Shown here: positions 1 to 9,541 of the stretch, piece after piece
How the letters are laid out: the number at the start of each line of letters is the position of its first letter
Position numbering within the stretch: the first letter of the stretch is position 1
Sequence record: OM135583.1
DNA length: 64,000 bases
Direction: 5' to 3' (one strand)
Source: Escherichia phage EP01
Position numbers and translations under genes: made by a program
Notes under the pieces: model-generated
Database searches by the model: none
What the model was told of the DNA's origin: nothing
The model's input: only the letters and a program-made list of their open reading frames with translations

Positions 1-1
1 T

Positions 2-58
2 ACAAGTGCCGATGACGCCTATATGGCTCTCGCAGAGGCCATGAAAAAAGCGTTATAA
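2..58 (+). CDS. 21: 3' end of prohead core protease/scaffold gene (gp21-like), partial
   Basis: Open frame ending TAA at 56-58 immediately upstream of gene 22; assigned by T4 gene order only. Confidence 0.45.
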   Translation, partial: TSADDAYMALAEAMKKAL

Positions 59-61
59 ATA
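54..61 (+). promoter_or_regulatory. late promoter TATAAATA upstream of gene 22
   Basis: Exact TATAAATA about 28 nt before the gene 22 ATG. Confidence 0.6.
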
Positions 62-88
62 TTATTATCTAAACAACAGGACTACAAA

Positions 89-898
89 ATGCTTAAAGAA
101 CAACTGATTGCTGAAGCGCAAAAAATTGATGCTTCCGTTGCTCTTGATAGTATTTTCGAATCAGTTAATATTTCTCCGGAAGCAAAAGAAACTTTCGGCA
201 CTGTATTCGAAGCTACCGTCAAGCAGCACGCCGTTAAATTAGCTGAATCTCATATCGCTAAAATTGCTGAAAAAGCAGAAGAAGAAGTAGAAAAAAATAA
301 AGAAGAAGCCGAAGAAAAAGCTGAGAAGAAAATCGCTGAGCAAGCTTCTAAATTCATCGACCATCTTGCGAAAGAATGGCTCGCTGAAAATAAATTAGCA
401 GTTGATAAAGGCATCAAAGCCGAACTGTTTGAATCCATGCTTGGTGGATTAAAAGAGCTCTTTGTTGAACACAACGTTGTTGTTCCAGAAGAATCAGTTG
501 ATGTTGTGGCTGAAATGGAAGAAGAGCTGCAAGAACATAAAGAAGAATCAGCTCGTCTGTTCGAAGAACTCAATATGCGCGACGCATATATCAATTATGT
601 GCAGCGTGAAGTGGCATTGAGCGAAAGTACTAAAGATCTGACTGAGTCTCAAAAAGAAAAAGTCTCTGCTCTGGTCGAAGGTATGGATTATTCAGATGAA
701 TTCTCAAATAAATTGAGTGCCATCGTAGAAATGGTGAAGAAGTCTAATAAAGATGAAAGCACTATTACTGAGGGTATAAATACTCCTGATACTGAAGCAG
801 CCGGACTGAATTTCGTCACTGAAGCTGTAGAAGATAAAACTGCACCTGGTGCAGAAGATATTGTAAGTGTATATGCGAAAGTCGCATCTCGTTTCTAA
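89..898 (+). CDS. 22: prohead core scaffolding protein gp22
   Basis: 269 aa, acidic Glu/Lys-rich coiled-coil-like protein directly upstream of major capsid gene; SD ACAGGA; same length as T4 gp22. Confidence 0.9.
   Translation: MLKEQLIAEAQKIDASVALDSIFESVNISPEAKETFGTVFEATVKQHAVKLAESHIAKIAEKAEEEVEKNKEEAEEKAEKKIAEQASKFIDHLAKEWLAENKLAVDKGIKAELFESMLGGLKELFVEHNVVVPEESVDVVAEMEEELQEHKEESARLFEELNMRDAYINYVQREVALSESTKDLTESQKEKVSALVEGMDYSDEFSNKLSAIVEMVKKSNKDESTITEGINTPDTEAAGLNFVTEAVEDKTAPGAEDIVSVYAKVASRF
775..782 (+). promoter_or_regulatory. late promoter TATAAATA for gene 23 (inside the 3' end of gene 22)
   Basis: Exact TATAAATACTCC about 135 nt upstream of the gene 23 ATG. Confidence 0.6.
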
Positions 899-916
899 TT
901 TTAAAGGTTAACACAA

Positions 917-2482
917 ATGACTATCAAAACTAAAGCTGAACTTTTGAACAAATGGAAGCCATTACTGGAAGGTGAAGGTTTACCGGAAATTGCTAATAGC
1001 AAACAAGCGATTATCGCTAAAATCTTTGAAAACCAGGAAAAAGATTTCCAGACAGCTCCAGAGTACAAAGACGAAAAAATCGCTCAGGCGTTCGGTTCTT
1101 TCTTAACAGAAGCTGAAATCGGTGGTGACCACGGTTACAATGCTACTAACATCGCTGCAGGTCAGACTTCTGGCGCAGTAACTCAGATTGGCCCAGCTGT
1201 TATGGGTATGGTACGTCGTGCTATTCCTAACCTGATTGCTTTCGATATTTGCGGTGTTCAGCCGATGAATAGCCCGACCGGTCAGGTATTCGCACTGCGC
1301 GCAGTATATGGTAAAGACCCAATCGCTTCCGGCGCTAAAGAAGCATTCCACCCAATGTATGGTCCAGATGCAATGTTCTCTGGTCAGGGTGCTGCTAAGA
1401 AATTCGCTGCTTTGAAAGCAAGTGATACTCTTGAAGTTGGAACTATTTACACCCACTTCTTCCAGGACACTGGTACTGTGTATCTGCAAGCTACAGAAGC
1501 TAAACAAATTGATTCCGCTGCATCTGACGCAGACAAATTAGATGCTGAAATTAAGAAACAAATGGAAGCTGGTGTACTGGTAGAAATCGCTGAAGGTATG
1601 GCTACTTCTATCGCTGAACTTCAGGAAAGTTTCAACGGTTCTACCGATAACCCATGGAATGAAATGGGCTTCCGTATCGATAAACAAGTTATCGAAGCTA
1701 AATCTCGCCAGCTGAAAGCTGCTTACTCTATCGAATTAGCACAAGACCTCCGCGCTGTTCACGGTATGGATGCTGATGCTGAACTGTCTGGTATTCTGGC
1801 TACCGAAATCATGCTGGAAATTAACCGTGAAGTTGTTGATTGGATTAACTACTCAGCTCAGGTTGGTAAATCTGGTATGACCCTGACTCCAGGTTCTAAA
1901 GCTGGTGTATTTGACTTCCAGGATCCGATTGATATTCGTGGTGCTCGCTGGGCGGGTGAATCCTTTAAAGCTCTGCTGTTCCAGATTGACAAAGAAGCAG
2001 TTGAAATTGCTCGTCAGACCGGTCGTGGTGAAGGTAACTTCATTATCGCTTCCCGTAACGTAGTTAACGTTCTGGCTTCAGTTGATACTGGCATTTCTTA
2101 TGCTGCACAGGGTCTGGCCACCGGCTTTAACACTGATACTACCAAGTCAGTATTTGCTGGTGTTCTGGGTGGTAAATACCGTGTATATATCGACCAGTAT
2201 GCTAAACAGGATTATTTCACCGTAGGTTATAAAGGTCCGAACGAAATGGATGCAGGTATTTACTATGCTCCATATGTAGCTCTGACTCCGCTGCGTGGTT
2301 CCGATCCGAAGAACTTCCAACCAGTAATGGGATTCAAAACTCGTTACGGTATCGGTATCAACCCATTTGCAGAATCCGCTGCTCAGGCTCCGGCTTCTCG
2401 CATCCAGAGCGGTATGCCTTCTATTCTGAATAGCCTTGGTAAAAACGCTTACTTCCGCCGTGTATATGTTAAAGGTATCTAA
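917..2482 (+). CDS. 23: major capsid protein gp23
   Basis: 521 aa; sequence recognised as T4-type gp23 (MTIKTKAELLNKWKPLLEGEG...); followed by strong terminator. Confidence 0.97.
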   Translation: MTIKTKAELLNKWKPLLEGEGLPEIANSKQAIIAKIFENQEKDFQTAPEYKDEKIAQAFGSFLTEAEIGGDHGYNATNIAAGQTSGAVTQIGPAVMGMVRRAIPNLIAFDICGVQPMNSPTGQVFALRAVYGKDPIASGAKEAFHPMYGPDAMFSGQGAAKKFAALKASDTLEVGTIYTHFFQDTGTVYLQATEAKQIDSAASDADKLDAEIKKQMEAGVLVEIAEGMATSIAELQESFNGSTDNPWNEMGFRIDKQVIEAKSRQLKAAYSIELAQDLRAVHGMDADAELSGILATEIMLEINREVVDWINYSAQVGKSGMTLTPGSKAGVFDFQDPIDIRGARWAGESFKALLFQIDKEAVEIARQTGRGEGNFIIASRNVVNVLASVDTGISYAAQGLATGFNTDTTKSVFAGVLGGKYRVYIDQYAKQDYFTVGYKGPNEMDAGIYYAPYVALTPLRGSDPKNFQPVMGFKTRYGIGINPFAESAAQAPASRIQSGMPSILNSLGKNAYFRRVYVKGI

Positions 2483-2498
2483 GATATAACCTTATTAT

Positions 2499-2527
2499 GG
2501 GAGACTTCGGTCTCCCATTCTTGTTTC
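2499..2527 (+). terminator. rho-independent terminator after gene 23
   Basis: GGGAGAC-UUCG-GUCUCCC hairpin followed by a T-rich tract. Confidence 0.75.
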
Positions 2528-2531
2528 TATA

Positions 2532-2798
2532 CTACGCAATCTTAACTCGACGGTTGATGATGTCACGGAAGTCAATACGATTTTCTTGGATTTTCAGCCA
2601 GTTACCAGATTTGTCTTTGGTATGGGTAGAATATTCACCGTTCCACCAGAAGTCAGTAGCATAAGCCATGGTTTCATATTTCTTAACTAGGGCATTCACT
2701 GCATTACCGTTAGGATTGGAACCATATTTTTCTACCAGGGCTTTGATGTCTTTATCAAGAGCGGACAGAGTAGTACGAATAAAGTTTAACTTGTTCAT
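2532..2798 (-). CDS. hypothetical protein, 88 aa, reverse-oriented in the 23-24 gap
   Basis: ORF on - strand; ATG at 2798 preceded by GAGGAG SD (2806-2811) with 7-nt spacing; the track's upstream start at 2813 overlaps the SD; Trp-rich motif FWWNGEY; no family recognised. Confidence 0.55.
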   Translation of the reverse strand: MNKLNFIRTTLSALDKDIKALVEKYGSNPNGNAVNALVKKYETMAYATDFWWNGEYSTHTKDKSGNWLKIQENRIDFRDIINRRVKIA

Positions 2799-2864
2799 TT
2801 TTAATCTCCTCATGTTTTTGATAGGTCTATAGTAACATGTGATAACCTTGCTGTAAACAACTTT

Positions 2865-2872
2865 TATAAATA
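2865..2872 (+). promoter_or_regulatory. late promoter TATAAATA for gene 24
   Basis: Exact motif about 30 nt before the gene 24 ATG. Confidence 0.65.
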
Positions 2873-2900
2873 AACATATACTCTCAACAAGGAAAGCGCA

Positions 2901-4184
2901 ATGGCTAAAATCAACGAACTTCTGCGCGAATCAACCACAACGAATAGCAACTCAATCGGTCGCCCAAATCTCGTTGCTTTGACTCGCGCTACCACTAAAT
3001 TAATATATTCTGACATTGTAGCAACGCAAAGAACTAATCAACCTGTTGCTGCTTTTTATGGTATCAAATACCTTAACCCAGATAATGAATTTACATTTAA
3101 AACTGGTGCTACTTACGCTGGCGAAGCTGGATATGTAGACCGAGAACAAATCACAGAATTAACAGAAGAGTCTAAATTAACTCTCAATAAAGGCGATTTA
3201 TTCAAATATAATAATATCGTTTATAAAGTATTAGAAGATACACCATTTGCTACCATTGAAGAAAGCGATTTAGAATTAGCTCTTCAGATTGCAATTGTTC
3301 TTTTAAAGGTTCGCCTATTTTCTGACGCAGCGTCAACAAGCAAATTTGAAAGCTCTGATAGCGAAATTGCTGATGCTAGATTCCAGATTAATAAATGGCA
3401 AACCGCAGTTAAATCTCGTAAACTTAAAACTGGTATCACAGTTGAATTAGCACAAGATTTAGAAGCAAATGGATTCGATGCTCCTAATTTCTTGGAAGAT
3501 TTGCTTGCAACTGAAATGGCGGATGAAATCAATAAAGATATTCTACAGTCTTTGATTACAGTATCAAAACGCTATAAAGTTACAGGAATTACTGATACCG
3601 GATTCATTGATTTGAGTTATGCATCTGCACCTGAAGCTGGTCGTTCATTATACCGAATGGTATGTGAAATGGTTTCGCATATCCAAAAAGAATCAACTTA
3701 TACAGCAACGTTCTGCGTTGCTTCAGCTCGTGCCGCTGCGATTCTTGCTGCATCAGGTTGGTTAAAACATAAACCAGAAGATGATAAATATCTTTCACAA
3801 AATGCCTACGGGTTCTTAGCTAATGGTTTACCGCTTTATTGCGATACTAACAGCCCATTAGATTATGTAATCGTTGGCGTGGTAGAAAATATTGGCGAAA
3901 AAGAAATTGTTGGATCAATTTTCTATGCCCCGTATACAGAAGGTCTGGACTTAGATGACCCTGAACATGTAGGTGCATTTAAAGTTGTAGTTGATCCAGA
4001 AAGTTTGCAGCCATCTATTGGTTTATTAGTTAGATATGCTTTATCTGCAAATCCTTACACTGTAGCAAAAGATGAAAAAGAAGCAAGAATAATTGATGGT
4101 GGAGACATGGATAAAATGGCGGGTCGTTCAGATTTGTCTGTTTTATTAGGTGTTAAGCTACCAAAAATTATCGTTGATGAATAA
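2901..4184 (+). CDS. 24: head vertex protein gp24
   Basis: 427 aa, gp23 paralogue (shared C-terminal region), late promoter upstream, T4 gene order. Confidence 0.95.
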   Translation: MAKINELLRESTTTNSNSIGRPNLVALTRATTKLIYSDIVATQRTNQPVAAFYGIKYLNPDNEFTFKTGATYAGEAGYVDREQITELTEESKLTLNKGDLFKYNNIVYKVLEDTPFATIEESDLELALQIAIVLLKVRLFSDAASTSKFESSDSEIADARFQINKWQTAVKSRKLKTGITVELAQDLEANGFDAPNFLEDLLATEMADEINKDILQSLITVSKRYKVTGITDTGFIDLSYASAPEAGRSLYRMVCEMVSHIQKESTYTATFCVASARAAAILAASGWLKHKPEDDKYLSQNAYGFLANGLPLYCDTNSPLDYVIVGVVENIGEKEIVGSIFYAPYTEGLDLDDPEHVGAFKVVVDPESLQPSIGLLVRYALSANPYTVAKDEKEARIIDGGDMDKMAGRSDLSVLLGVKLPKIIVDE

Positions 4185-4190
4185 AACAAA

Positions 4191-4212
4191 GGGACCGAAA
4201 GGTCCCTTTTTA
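4191..4212. terminator. bidirectional terminator between gene 24 and rnlB
   Basis: GGGACC-GAAA-GGUCCC hairpin flanked by A-run and T-run; convergent genes. Confidence 0.75.
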
Positions 4213-4213
4213 T

Positions 4214-5218
4214 TTAACTTACCAATTCAATCCAAGCCGGACGAAGTACATCTTGTACCATTTTAACTAATTCCTTTTTAATCAAAGAAGGATTATCAGC
4301 TTGAGTTAGAGTAATACCTTCACGAGAAGTTTCTTCCAAAATATCTTGCACAGTTAGTCCCATCACCTTTCCAAAATCCTTCGGACCAATTTCGCCAATT
4401 TTAGAAATAACGTTATTTACTCGGTTCAGTGTAACGTAGCAAGCTAAAATTCCCAGCAATTTATTATCAGCTTCTGACAGCTCAACTTTAGCTTTAATAG
4501 GCTTATCAGACTTTTTCTTTTCACTAAATTTAGAGTTCTTGCATTTAATCGCTACGCGATTGCCATTAGGCATCCAAGAAGGATAACAAGGTTTCAATAC
4601 ATAACCTTCAGCGGTAAATACTTCGCCTTTTGCTTCAGCATTCCAAACGCATTTATTTGCATCAACTAATCCAGCATGGTCTACTGTAAAATTATAATCC
4701 TGGACGACAGAATCTAAATCATTTGGCAATTTAATAAGTTCTTCAAATTTACCACGACCCAAAAGTGGAGCCATTTTAAATTTGAATGTATTACAGAATG
4801 ATTCCATCATATAATCATCGACATAAGTCACATCACCACTTTCTGTAGTAACAATAATGTCAAATACATAAAAATCTTTATCACCATAATCGACATTCTT
4901 CTGAATGCCAGGTCCAGCGAATTCGCCGAAGACTTGATAAGATACAACTGCTGAAGTTTCCATAATATCTTGTACTGCTTTAATGGAATCAGCGTAATTC
5001 TTTAGAATAATTTCATACCCAAAGAAATCTTCAGCAGGAAGAATCGGTCCAGTACGTTTAGCACAAGTTGCTTTATCGCGTTCAATAATCAGTGAGAAAT
5101 TTGTACCATGAATCTTTTCACGAGCTACCCATTCGCCGCCAGTCAATCCTAAACTATAAAGTTTTTCAATGAATTTAGAATTATAATGATTTTCAAGACT
5201 GCTATACTTTTTAAACAT
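4214..5218 (-). CDS. rnlB: RNA ligase 2 (Rnl2)
   Basis: 334 aa; nucleotidyltransferase motif I KIHGTNFS; T4 position and size. Confidence 0.9.
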   Translation of the reverse strand: MFKKYSSLENHYNSKFIEKLYSLGLTGGEWVAREKIHGTNFSLIIERDKATCAKRTGPILPAEDFFGYEIILKNYADSIKAVQDIMETSAVVSYQVFGEFAGPGIQKNVDYGDKDFYVFDIIVTTESGDVTYVDDYMMESFCNTFKFKMAPLLGRGKFEELIKLPNDLDSVVQDYNFTVDHAGLVDANKCVWNAEAKGEVFTAEGYVLKPCYPSWMPNGNRVAIKCKNSKFSEKKKSDKPIKAKVELSEADNKLLGILACYVTLNRVNNVISKIGEIGPKDFGKVMGLTVQDILEETSREGITLTQADNPSLIKKELVKMVQDVLRPAWIELVS

Positions 5219-5227
5219 AATTAATCC

Positions 5228-5506
5228 TCAAAATGTAATTTCTAACCAATCACCATCACGCTGGTCACTATTGACTTTAAAGCTAAATCCTTCTTTTCTC
5301 AGCCAATCACCAATTTCTTCAGTAATCAATTTATCACGAGCAGTACAATAATAACTAAAATATGTTTTACCTTGTTCAGCTGCTTTATTAGCAAGTTCCG
5401 AAAAATCTTTAATAAAACACTCTAGTTTAAACTGTTTACTTTTAAGTGCTTTTTCGCGTAATTGATTAGCAAAAGATTCATTTTCATAAAGATCATACTG
5501 TTCCAT
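5228..5506 (-). CDS. hypothetical protein (T4 24.2 position)
   Basis: 92-aa ORF, position only. Confidence 0.55.
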   Translation of the reverse strand: MEQYDLYENESFANQLREKALKSKQFKLECFIKDFSELANKAAEQGKTYFSYYCTARDKLITEEIGDWLRKEGFSFKVNSDQRDGDWLEITF

Positions 5507-5708
5507 TTTTCACCTTTTTATTAATATGTCTTTTTCTATAGACAACTTTTTCTCGAGTCTCAAATTTATTCTTAGCAGTCATAGCTCGAGCCCATAATAC
5601 AGCCACTTCTTTTGCCTGTAAGTTCAATTCACGAGCAATTTCAATGAATGACTTTCCAGACTCATGGAGTGTAAACACCACAACCTCAGTTCTCATAATC
5701 AATCTCAT
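5493..5708 (-). CDS. hypothetical protein with possible HTH (T4 24.3 position)
   Basis: 71-aa ORF; segment SGKSFIEIARELNLQAKEVAVLWARA resembles a helix-turn-helix. Confidence 0.5.
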   Translation of the reverse strand: MRLIMRTEVVVFTLHESGKSFIEIARELNLQAKEVAVLWARAMTAKNKFETREKVVYRKRHINKKVKNGTV

Positions 5709-5777
5709 GTTATCGAGTTGGTGCCATTATATACATCGTTTTCTGATTGTGTTTTGTGTGCTTTCAAAATGAAGAAA

Positions 5778-5791
5778 GGGGCCGAAGCCCC
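5778..5791 (-). terminator. UUCG hairpin / terminator downstream of hoc
   Basis: GGGGC-UUCG-GCCCC on the - strand followed by a U-rich tract. Confidence 0.6.
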
Positions 5792-5796
5792 TAAGA

Positions 5797-6648
5797 TTAT
5801 GGATAGGTATAGATGATACCAGTTTCTAAAGCAGTTTTATGAATGATGTATCCATTGCGCGATTCTTGAACATCAACTTCTGGATAGTCTTTCATCATCT
5901 TCTGAAGAGTGTAACGATGCAAGTAATATTTACTATCTGGGTCGTCAGTTTTCCAATCTTTACCTTCTTCGGTCATTTTTTGGATTTCATCCATAACCCA
6001 CCAACCGCACCAGATATAAGCTGAAGTACGATGTGGAAGAGGATGAACATAAGGTAATTCACCTTCTGGTTCTTGAGCAACTTTATCATTCACAGTCAGT
6101 GATACTTCATTCGAAGTAACTTCCTTTGCATCATAATCTGTCGCGGTTACTTGAGCCACACACTTAATTGTTTTAACTCCGCTTGTGGAAGGAGTGTAAT
6201 TAAATGTAGCGGAAGTTGCTTCACTAACAGGAGAATCATCTACATACCATTGATATGTAGCAGATGCGCCTGATGGTTGAGAAGCTAAGGCAGCAGTAAA
6301 TTGAACTGGGGTTCCAATTACTCCAGCAGCAGGACTAGCAGGAGTTACAGCTAAGGTAGTTGTCTGTGTCTTATTTTGAACTGTGATAGTTGTAGAAGCT
6401 TCTGCTGTTTCAGCATCAGAATCAGGAATAGTATTTGTTGCAACTACTTTAATAGTCTTTTGACCGGCAGGTCCTTTTAATACATAATCAAAAGTTGCTT
6501 CAGCTCCATCTTGTGGAACATTATCTACAGTCCAAGCATAGGTAATAGTTCCACCTCCAGTTTCACCACTGGGTGTAGCAGTAAACTGCTGAGTCTGATC
6601 TATAACTCCAGTAGGTGTTTTAGGAGTTATATCAACTGTAAAAGCCAT
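5797..6648 (-). CDS. hoc: head outer capsid protein Hoc, short 2-Ig-domain form
   Basis: 283 aa; N-terminal Ig-like domains and C-terminal capsid-binding region (PYVHPLPHRTSAYIWCGWWVMDEIQ...) recognised as Hoc; shorter than T4 Hoc (376 aa). Confidence 0.9.
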   Translation of the reverse strand: MAFTVDITPKTPTGVIDQTQQFTATPSGETGGGTITYAWTVDNVPQDGAEATFDYVLKGPAGQKTIKVVATNTIPDSDAETAEASTTITVQNKTQTTTLAVTPASPAAGVIGTPVQFTAALASQPSGASATYQWYVDDSPVSEATSATFNYTPSTSGVKTIKCVAQVTATDYDAKEVTSNEVSLTVNDKVAQEPEGELPYVHPLPHRTSAYIWCGWWVMDEIQKMTEEGKDWKTDDPDSKYYLHRYTLQKMMKDYPEVDVQESRNGYIIHKTALETGIIYTYP

Positions 6649-6657
6649 AAGTTATCC

Positions 6658-7338
6658 TTATTTTAATGTTACGAAAGAAGAGTTGCGTGTTTCACGAATT
6701 AAAACTGATCCGTCACGGTTAATGTAGTAAATTAAGCTAAATAAAGTTTGGTGTGCTGACGCGTGTTCAAAACTAGTTGGGTGAGATTTCCAATCCGGAG
6801 TTTCAGCAATCCATTGATAAATCCACCAAGGAACAGTACAGAATCCTGGATTTTTTCCAATCAACTGAAGATTCGGGCTAAAGTTTTCCGGAAGAGTAAA
6901 TACAGACGGCTTTTCAGATTCAATAATCTCAGCTACAGCCTGCTCAAATTTTTCTTCAACAAAAGGAGTATCTTCAATCAAAACATCGATATTTTCAGGA
7001 ATTTTATCCGTTTCTACCACTTCAATTTTAATGTCAGATTTAACCGGAGAATCAATTAGAAGTGCTGCTTCTGGATTGACCTCTTCATCGTCATATTTTA
7101 ATCCCTCTGCAGCATCAGCAGCATTAATTAAGTCTTTAATAGATAACCCATCAGTCTCTGGCATAGGTTCACTAGCGAGCTTCTGGAGGGCTTCTTCAAT
7201 ATCAACAACGATATTATCAAAAGATTTATTCTTTTTGACCTTTATACCAAACTGTTCAGCATATTCAGTTAATTTAGCTTTAGCTTCTTTATTATCATCA
7301 AGAGCCTTCAGCTCTGCAATATAATCTTTATCTATCAT
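6658..7338 (-). CDS. inh: acidic protein at the T4 inh position (inhibitor of prohead protease)
   Basis: 226 aa, position between hoc and segE/uvsW; SD GAGGA. Confidence 0.6.
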   Translation of the reverse strand: MIDKDYIAELKALDDNKEAKAKLTEYAEQFGIKVKKNKSFDNIVVDIEEALQKLASEPMPETDGLSIKDLINAADAAEGLKYDDEEVNPEAALLIDSPVKSDIKIEVVETDKIPENIDVLIEDTPFVEEKFEQAVAEIIESEKPSVFTLPENFSPNLQLIGKNPGFCTVPWWIYQWIAETPDWKSHPTSFEHASAHQTLFSLIYYINRDGSVLIRETRNSSFVTLK

Positions 7339-7351
7339 AATATTTCCTCAG

Positions 7352-7359
7352 TATAAATA
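7352..7359 (+). promoter_or_regulatory. late promoter TATAAATA upstream of segE-uvsW
   Basis: Exact motif about 30 nt before the segE ATG. Confidence 0.55.
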
Positions 7360-7387
7360 TAGATATATTTATTACTCGGAAAATAGT

Positions 7388-8005
7388 ATGTATCACTTTG
7401 TATATGAAACGACAAATCTAATAAATGGTAAAAAGTATATAGGAAAACACTCTACTGATGACTTGAATGATGGCTACCTTGGTTCCGGTAAGGCAATTCA
7501 GCAGGCTATAAAGAAATATGGTGAAAAGAATTTCTCTAGAACAATACTAAAAGAGTTTAAAACTTCCGAAGAAGCGTACATGTATGAAGAAGAAATTATA
7601 ACTCCTGAACTAATAAAAAGCAAAAATTATTATAATATGAAACCTGGTGGAATTGGTGGAATTGTTATGACTGCAGAGGTTATAGCAAAGATGAAAGAAT
7701 CTTCCGCTAAGAGATTTGAAAACTCACCGGGCACGGTATTAGGTACAACTTGTTACACCAATGGAACTAAAAATATTTTTATTAAACCCGGAGAACTTGT
7801 TCCAGAAGGATTTGTAAAAGGGATGGTTCATCTTAATAGAAAGTCCAGAAAAGGATGTAAAGTCAAACCGACTACCACAGGAACTTTTTGGGTCAATAAT
7901 GGAGCAATAAATAAATTAATACAACCAGACGGTATTATTCCCGATGGATTTATTAAAGGTCGTCTCATGAAAAGAGACTCTAAAGGCAAATTTAGTAAGG
8001 CATAA
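7388..8005 (+). CDS. segE: GIY-YIG homing endonuclease SegE
   Basis: 205 aa; GIY-YIG motif YHFVYETTNLINGKKYIGK; free-standing between inh and uvsW as in T4. Confidence 0.85.
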   Translation: MYHFVYETTNLINGKKYIGKHSTDDLNDGYLGSGKAIQQAIKKYGEKNFSRTILKEFKTSEEAYMYEEEIITPELIKSKNYYNMKPGGIGGIVMTAEVIAKMKESSAKRFENSPGTVLGTTCYTNGTKNIFIKPGELVPEGFVKGMVHLNRKSRKGCKVKPTTTGTFWVNNGAINKLIQPDGIIPDGFIKGRLMKRDSKGKFSKA

Positions 8006-8007
8006 TT

Positions 8008-9516
8008 ATGGATATTAAAGTACATTTTCACGACTTCAGTCATGTACGCATCGATTGTGAAGAGAGCACGTTCCACGAATTAAGAGATTTCTTTTCGTTT
8101 GAGGCCGATGGATATAGGTTTAATCCTCGCTTCAGATATGGCAACTGGGATGGACGAATCCGTCTTTTAGATTATAATCGCCTTCTTCCGTTTGGTTTAG
8201 TCGGGCAAATTAAAAAGTTCTGCGATAACTTTGGCTATAAAGCCTGGATTGACCCACAAATTAACGAAAAAGAAGAATTATCAAGAAAAGATTTTGATGA
8301 ATGGCTTTCTAAATTAGAAATCTATTCAGGAAATAAAAGAATTGAACCGCATTGGTATCAAAAAGATGCAGTGTTCGAAGGATTAGTTAATCGTCGTAGA
8401 ATTCTTAATCTTCCAACATCCGCAGGTAAATCCTTAATTCAAGCTTTGCTTGCACGTTATTATTTGGAAAATTATGAAGGTAAAATTCTTATCATTGTTC
8501 CAACAACTGCTTTAACAACTCAGATGGCTGATGACTTTGTTGATTATCGTTTATTCAGTCATGCAATGATAAAGAAAATTGGCGGTGGAGCATCAAAAGA
8601 TGATAAATATAAAAATGATGCACCGGTAATTGTTGGTACATGGCAAACTGTAGTAAAACAACCAAAAGAATGGTTCTCACAGTTTGGAATGATGATGAAT
8701 GATGAATGCCATCTTGCCACAGGAAAAAGTATTTCATCTATCATATCAGGTTTAAATAACTGCATGTTCAAATTTGGTCTATCGGGTTCATTGCGTGATG
8801 GCAAAGCTAATATCATGCAGTATGTTGGAATGTTTGGTGAAATATTTAAGCCAGTAACGACTTCTAAATTAATGGAAGATGGACAAGTAACTGAGTTAAA
8901 AATTAATAGTATTTTTCTTCGCTATCCTGATGAGTTCACTACTAAATTAAAGGGAAAAACTTACCAAGAAGAAATAAAAATTATTACTGGGCTCAGTAAA
9001 AGAAATAAATGGATCGCTAAATTAGCTATTAAACTTGCACAAAAAGATGAAAACGCTTTTGTCATGTTTAAACATGTATCACATGGTAAAGCTATTTTCG
9101 ATTTAATTAAAAATGAATACGATAAAGTTTATTACGTATCAGGAGAAGTTGATACTGAAACCCGTAATGTAATGAAAACTTTAGCTGAAAACGGTAAAGG
9201 AATAATTATAGTAGCTAGTTATGGTGTATTTTCTACTGGTATTTCAGTTAAAAATCTGCATCACGTTGTTTTAGCGCACGGCGTTAAATCTAAAATTATT
9301 GTATTGCAAACAATAGGTCGCGTATTACGTAAACATGGTTCTAAAACAATCGCAACGGTCTGGGACCTCATTGATGATTGCGGTGTTAAGCCAAAATCTG
9401 CTAATACGAAAAAGAAATACGTTCATTTGAACTATCTTTTAAAACACGGCATTGATCGTATTCAGCGATACGCAGATGAAAAATTTAATTACGTAATGAA
9501 AACAGTTAATTTATAA
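8008..9516 (+). CDS. uvsW: UvsW RNA-DNA/DNA-DNA helicase
   Basis: 502 aa; Walker A NLPTSAGKS, DEAH-like MNDECH; recognised T4 UvsW N-terminus. Confidence 0.95.
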   Translation: MDIKVHFHDFSHVRIDCEESTFHELRDFFSFEADGYRFNPRFRYGNWDGRIRLLDYNRLLPFGLVGQIKKFCDNFGYKAWIDPQINEKEELSRKDFDEWLSKLEIYSGNKRIEPHWYQKDAVFEGLVNRRRILNLPTSAGKSLIQALLARYYLENYEGKILIIVPTTALTTQMADDFVDYRLFSHAMIKKIGGGASKDDKYKNDAPVIVGTWQTVVKQPKEWFSQFGMMMNDECHLATGKSISSIISGLNNCMFKFGLSGSLRDGKANIMQYVGMFGEIFKPVTTSKLMEDGQVTELKINSIFLRYPDEFTTKLKGKTYQEEIKIITGLSKRNKWIAKLAIKLAQKDENAFVMFKHVSHGKAIFDLIKNEYDKVYYVSGEVDTETRNVMKTLAENGKGIIIVASYGVFSTGISVKNLHHVVLAHGVKSKIIVLQTIGRVLRKHGSKTIATVWDLIDDCGVKPKSANTKKKYVHLNYLLKHGIDRIQRYADEKFNYVMKTVNL

Positions 9517-9541
9517 GGGCTTCGGCCCTTTGGAGAAAAAG

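Noticed and set aside
250-594. Antisense ORFs inside large structural genes (for example 250..594, 1103..1507, 3284..3532, 21320..21668, 36720..37088, 42641..43120, 47136..47378, 51795..52052, 59548..60054)
   Set aside because: They lie wholly within well-supported genes on the opposite strand, have no SD or promoter context, and have low-complexity composition typical of antisense frames.
6763-7324. Two + strand ORFs (98 and 97 aa) inside inh
   Set aside because: Antisense to inh with repetitive N/F/R or S-rich composition; no start signals.
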